Made by a program: the position numbers and the translations under genes
Part shown: in pieces, positions 8,658 to 16,795 of the stretch
Layout: each line of letters opens with the position of its first letter
Numbering within the stretch: the stretch's first letter is position 1
The notes under the pieces: generated by a model
What the model saw: only the letters and a program-made list of their open reading frames with translations
What the model was told of the DNA's origin: nothing
Databases searched by the model: none
DNA from: a virus
Taxonomy: Duplodnaviria > Caudoviricetes
Direction: 5' to 3' (one strand)
DNA length: 31,305 nt
IMG/VR virus record: IMGVR_UViG_3300004088_000006
Span: 1 to 31,305 of that record

Positions 8658-8844
8658 CTGGGCGCTCTGGCTGGCGATTTACTGGTTCGGCATGTATGCC
8701 ATCTTCGTTGGGTGGTATGCCGACCAGATCGTCAAAGGCAAGAAGCCGAAGATGCACCCCTTGGTCGCAGCCTTCGGCTTCTTGTTCATAGGCTTCACGC
8801 CTCTGATCATACTGATTATGGCGTTGAAAAAGACAAAACGATAG
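8644..8844 (+). CDS. Small two-TM membrane protein
   Basis: 66 aa MLLPDWALWLAIYW... with two hydrophobic stretches and a basic C-terminus. Confidence 0.6.
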   Translation: MLLPDWALWLAIYWFGMYAIFVGWYADQIVKGKKPKMHPLVAAFGFLFIGFTPLIILIMALKKTKR

Positions 8845-8879
8845 TTGTCTTTTGCCTGCCCTGCGGCTATGGTAGGGCA
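8828..8879 (+). promoter_or_regulatory. Promoter/operator for the glycosyltransferase-hydroxymethylase-polymerase operon
   Basis: AAAAGACAA-N8-TTGTCTTTT inverted repeat; TTGTCT-17-TATGGT; -10 flanked by TGCCCTGC/GTAGGGCA. Confidence 0.7.
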
Positions 8880-8902
8880 TACTGCATAACCTGGAGATCA
8901 TC

Positions 8903-10189
8903 ATGAAAATAGCGGTCGCGCTGCATTCGTGCATGGACCTTGGCGGCATCATCAATCATACCGAACAATTGATTGGTGGCTTCCTGGACCTTGGTCACGA
9001 AGCGCATCTATACGAACTGGTCTACTCCGATTTCGCCCAAGGACAGGGCAAGTCAGGAGACTTCGAGTTCGGTGGCCCAAGCGGCATTCCATTCGCCCAA
9101 GGTAAAGGCTGGAACTTCCCCAAGAGTGCCCGCCTCGCCTACAAGACATTCGCTGGCCTTGCGAATGCAAAGCACATCTTGAACCACTACGATCTGGTGA
9201 TCTGGACTGTGCCTGTCCCTCCCAAGAACAAGCAGCAACTCGGCAACGACAAGTGGCCGGAACTCTATGCGCTGGAGCCGGAGGTCAAGCAGGTTGCCTT
9301 CATCCACGACGGCAACGCTGCCAGCAACGTGACACACCTGTATCACGTTGCAGAGCACCTGTCAGGCATCGCCTGCGTGCATGGGTGCGCCCTCAACAGT
9401 GCCGACTTCCTGCCCATCCCTCGGGCGCTGGTGGTCAACCCTCAGTTCATGCCAGTTCGCGATATCCCAGACTGGGACGACAAGCACTCTGGGTTCGTCA
9501 ACATGCAAACGTTCAAGGCGTGGAAGCATGTTCATGAACTCGTGCAGGCTATCGCTTACATGCCGCCCAAAGAGCCGGGCGAACTGCGCGAAATCGCTGG
9601 CAAGGGCATCGAATATCAATACATGACCAGCGAGGACAAGTGCAGGGAAGCCTACTTCCACGATGATCCTGACAAGCCGTTTCATACGCGCAAGATCTGG
9701 GAAGTTGCCCTCGAGAATGGCATGAAGCATCACGACTACTGGCCGACAGCAGACGTGGACGAATGGCTCAAGATGGCGCGTGTTCTGGTCGATCCTTCCT
9801 GGAGCAAGAAATACTCCAAGATCGGTGGTCACTGGAACCGGGTCGTGGTTGACGCCATGATGCGCGGCGCGGTGCCTGTCGCACAGAAACGCGGCATGGG
9901 AACCGAACTGTTCCAGGAAGGCGTTCACTACGTCGCGCTGGACAAGGCTCGTGACCCGCAAGACTATGCCGATATCGTTCTGGAAGCTGGTCATATGTCT
10001 GCGATGCAGGCTCGTGGTTTCCAGGCAGTGGCTCGCGATATCCTTACACAGTTCGATCGCAGGGCTGTCGCGCAGCGTGTCATTGATCTGGCACACGGCA
10101 ACCTCGAAACCGAAACCGGAACTCAGGACGCTTCGCTTTTCAAGAAGTATGAAGACCTGATGTTCGACCACTATGGAGTTCTCGTATGA
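8903..10189 (+). CDS. GT-B fold (GT4-like) glycosyltransferase, probably DNA-modifying
   Basis: N-terminal MKIAV..LGGIINHTEQLIGGFLDLGHEAHL and C-terminal VLVDPS..VVVDAMMRGAVPV donor-binding signature; ATGA-coupled to the hydroxymethylase. Confidence 0.75.
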   Translation: MKIAVALHSCMDLGGIINHTEQLIGGFLDLGHEAHLYELVYSDFAQGQGKSGDFEFGGPSGIPFAQGKGWNFPKSARLAYKTFAGLANAKHILNHYDLVIWTVPVPPKNKQQLGNDKWPELYALEPEVKQVAFIHDGNAASNVTHLYHVAEHLSGIACVHGCALNSADFLPIPRALVVNPQFMPVRDIPDWDDKHSGFVNMQTFKAWKHVHELVQAIAYMPPKEPGELREIAGKGIEYQYMTSEDKCREAYFHDDPDKPFHTRKIWEVALENGMKHHDYWPTADVDEWLKMARVLVDPSWSKKYSKIGGHWNRVVVDAMMRGAVPVAQKRGMGTELFQEGVHYVALDKARDPQDYADIVLEAGHMSAMQARGFQAVARDILTQFDRRAVAQRVIDLAHGNLETETGTQDASLFKKYEDLMFDHYGVLV

Positions 10190-11211
10190 AAGTCATCACC
10201 GCACGCGGCGTGAACGACGCCATCCTTCTTGGGCTGTCCGCCCTGAGAGAAGAAGGGGTCGATCGCGACTCACGAAATGGTCCTGTCCGGGTGTTTCCAG
10301 GACCCGTCACCACTCACTACAAGCACCCGGAGGAGCGCGTCCTGTTCTACCCAGAGCGGGACGCCAACCCTTACTTCCACTTCATGGAAAGCCTCTGGAT
10401 GATATCCGGTCGCCGCGACGTGGAGTGGATCAGCCGGTTCTCCAGCAACATCGCGAACTACAGCGACGATGGTGTCACCTTCCATGGTGCCTACGGCTAT
10501 CGCTGGCGCAACTGGTTCCTGGAGCGTGAGCACATGCCTGATGGCATCAGCCGTGAAGTCGGTGTGATCGATCAGCTGGAAACTATCGCTAACTTGCTGA
10601 AGCAGAACCATGATGATCGTCGTGTCGTGCTGCAAATGTGGGACACAGAGACAGACCTCGGCATGAACGGCAAGGACTTCCCCTGCAACCTGATCTGCAC
10701 GTTCCGCATCAATCCTTACGGCAAGCTGGACATGACTGTGTTCAACAGGTCGAACGACATGATCTGGGGTGCCTATGGTGCGAATGCCGTTCACTTCTCG
10801 ATGCTCCAGGAAGTGATGGCTGCATGGGTCGGCGTGCCGATGGGCAGTTACTGGCAGGTGAGCACGAACTTCCACGGCTACCATGCAACTCTCGAGAAGC
10901 ACGCTCCGCTGTTCGACATCAGCCCCGGCTTCGATCCTTATGAACTCGGTCAGGTCGCACCGCTGCCTGTCGTGAACGGTCCCATCGAACAGTGGTTCCA
11001 AGATCTGCAGATGTTCATGGAAGTCGGCCCTGCTATCGGCTTGCAAGACCGCTTTTTCAAGAAGACTGCGGTGCCGATGCTGCAATCCTGGGACGCGTGG
11101 AAAGACCGCGAGAACCCGCAGCACCGCGATCTGGCAATGAAGTTCGCCAGCGAGATCCTTGCTCCTGACTGGCGAAGGGCGTGCATCGAGTGGCTTGAGC
11201 GGAGGTCCTGA
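10186..11211 (+). CDS. Thymidylate-synthase-family enzyme, probably dUMP hydroxymethylase
   Basis: GAYGYRWR, DDRRVV, catalytic DFPCN, RSNDMIWGAYGAN (Asn at the dUMP-specificity position), NFHGY. Confidence 0.8.
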   Translation: MKVITARGVNDAILLGLSALREEGVDRDSRNGPVRVFPGPVTTHYKHPEERVLFYPERDANPYFHFMESLWMISGRRDVEWISRFSSNIANYSDDGVTFHGAYGYRWRNWFLEREHMPDGISREVGVIDQLETIANLLKQNHDDRRVVLQMWDTETDLGMNGKDFPCNLICTFRINPYGKLDMTVFNRSNDMIWGAYGANAVHFSMLQEVMAAWVGVPMGSYWQVSTNFHGYHATLEKHAPLFDISPGFDPYELGQVAPLPVVNGPIEQWFQDLQMFMEVGPAIGLQDRFFKKTAVPMLQSWDAWKDRENPQHRDLAMKFASEILAPDWRRACIEWLERRS

Positions 11212-11212
11212 T

Positions 11213-11764
11213 ATGTATGATGATATTGTCTGCGATGTGACCCGCATCAAGTTCGCTCGGGAGGGTGCGGCAGTTCTCCGCACCCATACCCAAGCAGGGA
11301 TCGGCCCGCACTATGTCGGGATGCACACGTTCAACATGATTACCATGTTGAAGATCCTACACCCGAACCCGTCCATCACCCTCGTTTGGGCTGTGATGGA
11401 ACACGACATCGCTGAGCGCATGACTGGCGACATGCCTCATCCTGCAAAGAAAGCTGGTCTGCTCGACGATGCGAGGCAGCAGGCTTTCGAAGAACACCTG
11501 AACATCGCCGTGTTCGGTGAAGATCACCACAGCCAGCTTGATGACGAAGAGCTGAAGTGGCTCTCTGGGCTTGACATGCTCGAGTTCTACTGCTGGTGTC
11601 GTGACCAGATCATGATGGGCAACCGCATGATGGAACGCAAAGTCGCTGCTGTGGAGAACTACATGGAGCTATACAAGCATAAGTATCCGGAGAAGATCGT
11701 GGACACCTACTACGCTATCAGGAGCCACGACTGGCAGGCCATGTCTGATATCGGAGGTGAATGA
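11213..11764 (+). CDS. HD-domain nucleotide phosphohydrolase (YfbR/DatZ-like)
   Basis: HYVGMH...EHDIAERMTGDMP...LDMLE metal-ligand pattern; GGAGG RBS. Confidence 0.8.
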   Translation: MYDDIVCDVTRIKFAREGAAVLRTHTQAGIGPHYVGMHTFNMITMLKILHPNPSITLVWAVMEHDIAERMTGDMPHPAKKAGLLDDARQQAFEEHLNIAVFGEDHHSQLDDEELKWLSGLDMLEFYCWCRDQIMMGNRMMERKVAAVENYMELYKHKYPEKIVDTYYAIRSHDWQAMSDIGGE

Positions 11765-12462
11765 TGGGAAACACCAACTGTGATACCTGTGGTCACGACA
11801 AGCGTATGTGTGACTGTGGGAAAGATGGCTATGTAGCCCAAGAAGGAGGCGACCACTATCAGGCAGAGTATCAACATTGGGACTGGGTCATTGACTGCCA
11901 GATTCACTATCTGCCTGCCAACTGCACGAAGTATATCTCACGCTGGCAGAAAAAGAATGGCGTGCAAGATCTGCGCAAGGCAATGACTTATCTCGATAAG
12001 ATGATCGTCACCAAGAAGCGCAAGCCTGACTATGTGTTCAATCATGGGACAGGCTACACGGTCCGCGTCTGCACTGATCGCATCGTTGAAGTGCTTGGTC
12101 TGACCGGAGCCGAGCGCAGCATTTTCGAGCTTCTCAGTGGTCCGTGTCCGATTGAGATGTTGGTCCTGGCCCACGACCATTTGCGCAGCCTTATTGCGAC
12201 TGCTCAGAGGGCCACAGAGAGGGCCGCTGGCGCTGGCGGCACGGTTGCACCCGCCACACCTTCAAGGCCGTCCCTGGACCAAAAAACAGGGCTCCTTGGA
12301 CGTGCTGGCCGTGCTACTACCCAGCCGCCCGCATCCAGCGCGTCCACAGAGGTCGCAAGTAAGGGTGTAGACGGCATGGAACACCCTTTCGGCTACGATG
12401 CTGACCTTGAGGGCTATGGAGAACGGCAAGAATGTGACTTCACAACTGGCAGGAAGAAGTAA
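11761..12462 (+). CDS. DUF3310 (T7 gp1.7/SaV-like) domain protein, candidate nucleotide kinase
   Basis: GGDHY...NCTKYISRWQKKNGVQDLRKAMTYL signature; N-terminal CxxC..CxC; low-complexity C-terminus. Confidence 0.75.
   Translation: MMGNTNCDTCGHDKRMCDCGKDGYVAQEGGDHYQAEYQHWDWVIDCQIHYLPANCTKYISRWQKKNGVQDLRKAMTYLDKMIVTKKRKPDYVFNHGTGYTVRVCTDRIVEVLGLTGAERSIFELLSGPCPIEMLVLAHDHLRSLIATAQRATERAAGAGGTVAPATPSRPSLDQKTGLLGRAGRATTQPPASSASTEVASKGVDGMEHPFGYDADLEGYGERQECDFTTGRKK
12203..12351. repeat. GC-rich dispersed repeat, copy inside the DUF3310 CDS
   Basis: Shares CTCAGAGG and TGGACGTGYTGG with 19188-19300; on the reverse strand it shares TGGACGCGCT and GCYGGGTAG with the 19188 and 28174 copies. Confidence 0.5.
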
Positions 12463-14537
12463 TGGTCATACGCAAGAAAACTGATCCGAACAATGGCGGG
12501 GCGCTCCAGCTTGGGTTTTTCATGCCCGAGGCTAACTGGTCGCCTCCGTCCCTTTCAGACCTGCCTTCTTGGAAAGGCGCAAAAAGGATTGCAATTGATG
12601 CAGAGACGAGAGACCCCAGCATTGGGGCCAAACTCGGGACTGGAAGTCTTCGTGACGGATATACCGTCGGTTGGGCTTTCGCCATTGAAGGCGGGCCGAA
12701 GCACTACCTCCCAATCCGCCATGAAGGCGGCGACAACCTCGATTGTGAACAAGCTCTCAGATATCTTAGAGCACAAATTGCTGATTTTGATGGAGAGTTC
12801 GTGGGAGCCAACCTCGCATACGACGTTGATTATGGATATAACGACGGATTTGAGTGGCACCAAGATGCGACATTCCGTGACATTCAAATTGCAGACCCCA
12901 TCCTCTACGAACTTCACAGAAGCTATTCCCTGGAGAATATCGGACAGCGGTATGGGATCGCAGCTAAAGATGAACAAACACTTCTGGAAGCTGCAAGGGC
13001 TCACGGTCTTGATCCGAAGAAAGGCCTCTGGCGACTTCCGGGACGATATGTTGGCGAGTATGGGGAACAAGATGTTGCGTCCCCTCTAGAGATTTTGCGC
13101 AGGCAGGAAGAACGCATTGACCGTGAAGGTCTGCGGCAAATCTGGGACTTGGAGAGCCGTGTCCTTCCCGTGCTGGTTCGTATGCGCAGACGTGGTGTCC
13201 GAATTGACTTCAACAAGCTGGATCAGATTGAACGGTGGGCAGAAGGCGAAGAACGTGCTGCACTTGAACTGATCAAGCGGGAGACTGGTGTCCGCATTGG
13301 GTTTGGTGACGTGTGGAAGCCCGGTGCTCTAGCTCCGGCGCTTGAAGCTATCGGTATGAGGTTGCCCAAGACAAGCACTGGCGCTCCTTCAATCGATAAA
13401 GCTCTACTCGGAGGTAGCGACCATGTCGTCCCGCAAGCAATTCTCAGGGCAAGGAAAGTCAACAAGCTACGAACAACGTTCGCGGCGTCAATCCGCAAGT
13501 ATGCAGTTGGTGAACGACTGTATTGCAGTTTTAGACAGATGGCAATGTCTAACGATGACGATGAAACTGTTGGAGTTCGATACGGACGACTCTCCGCCGC
13601 AGACCCGAACCTTCAACAGCAGCCAAGCCCTGATCGAGACCCTGAGATCGCTGGTGAGTGGCGCAAGATTTTCATCCCTGAGGAGGGTGCCCTCTGGGGC
13701 TGTAATGACTATTCACAGCAAGAACCCCGATGGACAACTCACTTCGCGGCAGTTATGGATTTGCCCCGTGCCAGAGAAGCCGCACTGAGATACCAGAACG
13801 ATCCCAGCACTGACAACCATGAGATGATGACCAGACTTGTCTACAAAGACGATCAGGTCGAGAACTGGCTCGCCAATGACCCGAAAGCGTTCAAAGTTCA
13901 CAGAGGCTATTCCAAGAACATCTTCCTTGGGCTGTGCTACGGAGAAGGCGGTGCCAAGCTCTGTCATGATATCGGCAAGCCTACTCGTTGGGGTGTGACG
14001 TATGGCTGGGGCAGAGACAGACGCATTGAGTTCTTCCCATCCCAAAGAGAGGCGATGGCCTACCGCAACGAAATCCAGAAGGGTTACGTTCGTGAAATGG
14101 CTGGTGAAGAAGGTCAGGAAATCCTCGACAAGTTCGACGTTGAAGTTCCTTATGTGCGTGAGCTTGCCAAGGCTGCGACTGAGCGTGCAGAAGGCCGGGG
14201 CTTTGTCAGCACAATCCTTGGCCGCAGGCTGAACTTCGAGCGCCGCGATGACGGATCTTATGATTACACGCACAAAGCGTTGAACCGTATCATCCAGGGA
14301 AGCAGCGCAGACCAGACCAAGCTGGCTATCTGTGAACTTGATCGTGCTGGCTACTTCCTTCAGTTGCAGGTTCATGACGAGACTGACGGAAGCTATGGTT
14401 CAGTCGCTGAAGCGAAAGCCGCTGGTGATGTCATGCGAGACTGCATCATCGATGCTGTTCCAGGAAAACTGTGGGTGCCGTTCAAGGTTGACACAGAAGT
14501 TGGCCCGTCGTGGGGCGAGATCAAGGGTGTGAAATGA
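12462..14537 (+). CDS. polA: Family A DNA polymerase with 3'-5' exonuclease domain
   Basis: Exo I IDAET, Exo II NLAYD, GRLSAADPNLQQ, motif A DYSQQEPR, motif B KNIFLGLCYG, motif C QVHDE. Confidence 0.95.
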   Translation: MVIRKKTDPNNGGALQLGFFMPEANWSPPSLSDLPSWKGAKRIAIDAETRDPSIGAKLGTGSLRDGYTVGWAFAIEGGPKHYLPIRHEGGDNLDCEQALRYLRAQIADFDGEFVGANLAYDVDYGYNDGFEWHQDATFRDIQIADPILYELHRSYSLENIGQRYGIAAKDEQTLLEAARAHGLDPKKGLWRLPGRYVGEYGEQDVASPLEILRRQEERIDREGLRQIWDLESRVLPVLVRMRRRGVRIDFNKLDQIERWAEGEERAALELIKRETGVRIGFGDVWKPGALAPALEAIGMRLPKTSTGAPSIDKALLGGSDHVVPQAILRARKVNKLRTTFAASIRKYAVGERLYCSFRQMAMSNDDDETVGVRYGRLSAADPNLQQQPSPDRDPEIAGEWRKIFIPEEGALWGCNDYSQQEPRWTTHFAAVMDLPRAREAALRYQNDPSTDNHEMMTRLVYKDDQVENWLANDPKAFKVHRGYSKNIFLGLCYGEGGAKLCHDIGKPTRWGVTYGWGRDRRIEFFPSQREAMAYRNEIQKGYVREMAGEEGQEILDKFDVEVPYVRELAKAATERAEGRGFVSTILGRRLNFERRDDGSYDYTHKALNRIIQGSSADQTKLAICELDRAGYFLQLQVHDETDGSYGSVAEAKAAGDVMRDCIIDAVPGKLWVPFKVDTEVGPSWGEIKGVK

Positions 14538-14806
14538 GCGTCGAAGTAACAGCCAAGTTCAGTGATCTGAAATATGCTCGCTATGAATACTGGCTCAATG
14601 GCACGACTTTGTATTTGAACAAGATGCTGGTTCTTGAAAGACCGACTACGCGACACAAGCTGAAAGTCGATTTCAGGAATTCTTATTCCAGAGTTGACCA
14701 GAGAGACTATGGTATCAAAGAAGAACCTGATGTCGAAATTGAAATCCAGCAAGAGGCGCTCCGTATCGCAAGGGGCATGATCAAAGTAGAAAGGTGGAAA
14801 AGATGA
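14534..14806 (+). CDS. Hypothetical protein
   Basis: ATGA overlaps with both neighbours. Confidence 0.75.
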   Translation: MSVEVTAKFSDLKYARYEYWLNGTTLYLNKMLVLERPTTRHKLKVDFRNSYSRVDQRDYGIKEEPDVEIEIQQEALRIARGMIKVERWKR

Positions 14807-15510
14807 AATACGGAGTTCTAGTTGATGGTGAGTTCGAGGAACGACCCATCATCGAAATGACTGCTCGTGGGTTCAGTCGCTCCATGCTTGGGCGTGGTGG
14901 AACTTATGACGAATATGTCATGAAGGAGATCAATCGCAGCTACGGCAGGCTCGATGTTGAAGGCCGTGTCGTGCTGGACATCGGTGCGAACATTGGCTGT
15001 TTCAGCCGCTGGGCTGTGGACAAGGGTGCGATGCACGTCATCTCGCTGGAGCCTGAAGTAAACAACTTTAACATGCTCTCGCTGAACCTGAAAGACGAGC
15101 ACGACGTCACGCTTCACAACAAGGCGTTGACTGCAACCCAAGACGGTGAGGGTGCGCTGTATCTCAGCAAGACTGGCAAGAACCCCGGCAACTCCAGCAC
15201 GACGCCGCGCCGTGGCCGAGTGGAAGTGCCGATCAGCTACATGTCAGTCGCTCAGCTTCACGAGTATCACCCTGTGATCGATGTCGCCAAGGTCGATTGC
15301 GAGGGTGCAGAGTATGACTTCATGAAAACTTTCATTGAAGCCTATCCCAATCTGCGTCAAGTTGCGTTGGAAATTCACATCAGCGGATTTGGCCTGCTGC
15401 CTGCAATCTCGCTCAATAACCTGATGCTTGATGCTGGTTTCACGGCTACTGTTCCGCCGCGCCTGGACAATGAAGGTCTGTGGCAGACACTCGCAACATA
15501 CGAGAGGTGA
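14803..15510 (+). CDS. FkbM-family SAM-dependent methyltransferase
   Basis: VLDIGANIG motif I, SLEP, KVDCEGAEY, LEIH. Confidence 0.85.
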   Translation: MKYGVLVDGEFEERPIIEMTARGFSRSMLGRGGTYDEYVMKEINRSYGRLDVEGRVVLDIGANIGCFSRWAVDKGAMHVISLEPEVNNFNMLSLNLKDEHDVTLHNKALTATQDGEGALYLSKTGKNPGNSSTTPRRGRVEVPISYMSVAQLHEYHPVIDVAKVDCEGAEYDFMKTFIEAYPNLRQVALEIHISGFGLLPAISLNNLMLDAGFTATVPPRLDNEGLWQTLATYER

Positions 15511-15513
15511 GAT

Positions 15514-15984
15514 ATGATCCTGAGTGGTCGCACTATCCAGCAGTTGAAGATCATGGAACCTTTCTATGGTCGGACACGGCATAAGGGCATGACGTTCGGC
15601 TGCGGACCAGCGGGTTATGACGTCAGGGTGGAATTCGACGAGCATGGTCACATGCCTGCCGTCCAACTCTTGCCCGGTCAGTTCCTGTTGGCTTCTACGA
15701 TCGAGCGGTTCAAAATGCCCAGAGACGTTCTCGGCATCGTCCACGACAAGTCCACTTTGGCACGTCTTGGACTGGCCTGTCAGAACACTGTGATCGAACC
15801 CGGCTGGGAAGGCTGGCTCACTCTCGAGCTTACCAATCACAGTCATGAACCTCTCACCATTGAGCGTGGAATGCCTATCGCTCAAGTGATCTTTCACTTC
15901 GTGGACGATGATACTCTCGGCTATGAAGGGAAGTATCAAGACCAGAAACGCGGACCTGTCAAACCGATCATTGAGAAAGGTTGA
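15514..15984 (+). CDS. dcd: dCTP deaminase (trimeric dUTPase superfamily)
   Basis: MILS, PAGYDVR, KSTLARLGL, IEPGWEGWLTLEL, IAQVIF, YEGKYQDQ. Confidence 0.88.
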   Translation: MILSGRTIQQLKIMEPFYGRTRHKGMTFGCGPAGYDVRVEFDEHGHMPAVQLLPGQFLLASTIERFKMPRDVLGIVHDKSTLARLGLACQNTVIEPGWEGWLTLELTNHSHEPLTIERGMPIAQVIFHFVDDDTLGYEGKYQDQKRGPVKPIIEKG

Positions 15985-15987
15985 CAC

Positions 15988-16035
15988 TTGCGCGAGGCTG
16001 GGCGCTGGGGTAGGTTAAAAGCCAACCCTAGCGCC
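15988..16035 (+). promoter_or_regulatory. Putative promoter with -10 inside an inverted repeat
   Basis: TTGCGC-17-TAGGTT; GGCGCTGGGG (16001-16010)/CCCTAGCGCC (16026-16035). Confidence 0.5.
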
Positions 16036-16046
16036 TGGAGCTTCTC

Positions 16047-16493
16047 ATGTCTGAGAACAGCATGAAGGGGACGCTCATCAAGCGAGCCTCTAAACTGGAT
16101 GCCGTTGCCATTGAGTCACCGATGACTGGTCTCGGTATCCCTGATGTGAACTACATTTGTGGATGGATCGAATGCAAGGCGCTGCCGAAATGGCCTGTCA
16201 ATTGCGATACTCGACCAGTGAAGTTTCCGCACCCGTGGACGAAAGAGCAGCAGGTGTGGGGATATCGTCGAGAGAAAGCCGGAGGTATCTGCCTCGTGTG
16301 TGTCAAGGTCAGTGACACTTGGTTCTTTTTCTCGGCAACCACGTTGAAGGTGAATAAGCTATGGGACAACATGACCCGACCGCAGATGCACGAGTGTGCG
16401 CTGAAGGTTTTCGAGAGGTCGCTACCTCAGAAGGAATTGTGCGACTTCCTGATATCCCCGTATCCTCCCTCTCATTGGGCGAACACCTTTTGA
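16047..16493 (+). CDS. PD-(D/E)XK nuclease, Holliday-junction-resolvase-like
   Basis: GIPDV...WIECK...EQQVW pattern; size and replication context fit. Confidence 0.7.
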   Translation: MSENSMKGTLIKRASKLDAVAIESPMTGLGIPDVNYICGWIECKALPKWPVNCDTRPVKFPHPWTKEQQVWGYRREKAGGICLVCVKVSDTWFFFSATTLKVNKLWDNMTRPQMHECALKVFERSLPQKELCDFLISPYPPSHWANTF

Positions 16494-16795
16494 TATGGCG
16501 TCGGCGCGAGGGTCTCACCCAGAAGCAGGCTGGTCCTCGCTTGGGCATCGGGCGAAATGCCTACCAAGAAATCGAGAGGCAAGACACGAAGTGCAGACTC
16601 GCTGTCATGCCTCATATCGGCACGTTGTATTCTCATGAGATCTGCTTCATTCTGAGACGTCGGTCTGGTTGGACTATCCCTCAATGTGCAGAGCAGGCTG
16701 GTGTCTCGCGATACTGGTATAATCTCATGGAACAAGGCAAGGCCAGCCCTGACAGGCTGATAACTTATTGGGGTGAAAATGAAGGGGAACAGTAA
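16439..16795 (+). CDS. Tandem XRE-type helix-turn-helix protein
   Basis: RRREGLTQKQAGPRLGIGRNAYQEIE and RRRSGWTIPQCAEQAGVSRYWYNLMEQG. GTG start after AAGGA; start uncertain. Confidence 0.75.
   Translation: MRLPDIPVSSLSLGEHLLIWRRREGLTQKQAGPRLGIGRNAYQEIERQDTKCRLAVMPHIGTLYSHEICFILRRRSGWTIPQCAEQAGVSRYWYNLMEQGKASPDRLITYWGENEGEQ

Noticed and set aside
10186-11211. dCMP hydroxymethylase giving T4-like glucosyl-hmC
   Set aside because: The specificity position after RSND...G is Asn (dUMP type) rather than Asp, and the linked dCTP deaminase and aGPT-like gene point to uracil chemistry. Not fully excluded without an assay.
11213-11764. Z-genome (2-aminoadenine) or 7-deazaguanine system
   Set aside because: The HD protein is DatZ-like, but no PurZ, MazZ, DpdA, QueC/D/E or FolE-like ORF is visible in the window.
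5061-14537. Inteins, introns or homing endonucleases in nrdJ or polA
   Set aside because: Both ORFs are continuous and of normal or compact length, with no intein termini or LAGLIDADG/HNH motifs seen.
14803-15510. Conventional DNA adenine or cytosine methyltransferase
   Set aside because: It lacks the DPPY/NPPY or PC catalytic motifs, and its motifs match the FkbM family.
16439-16795. Lysogeny module (CI repressor with integrase)
   Set aside because: The HTH gene is co-oriented within the replication operon, has no peptidase domain, and no integrase or att site is visible, so lifestyle cannot be called from this window.
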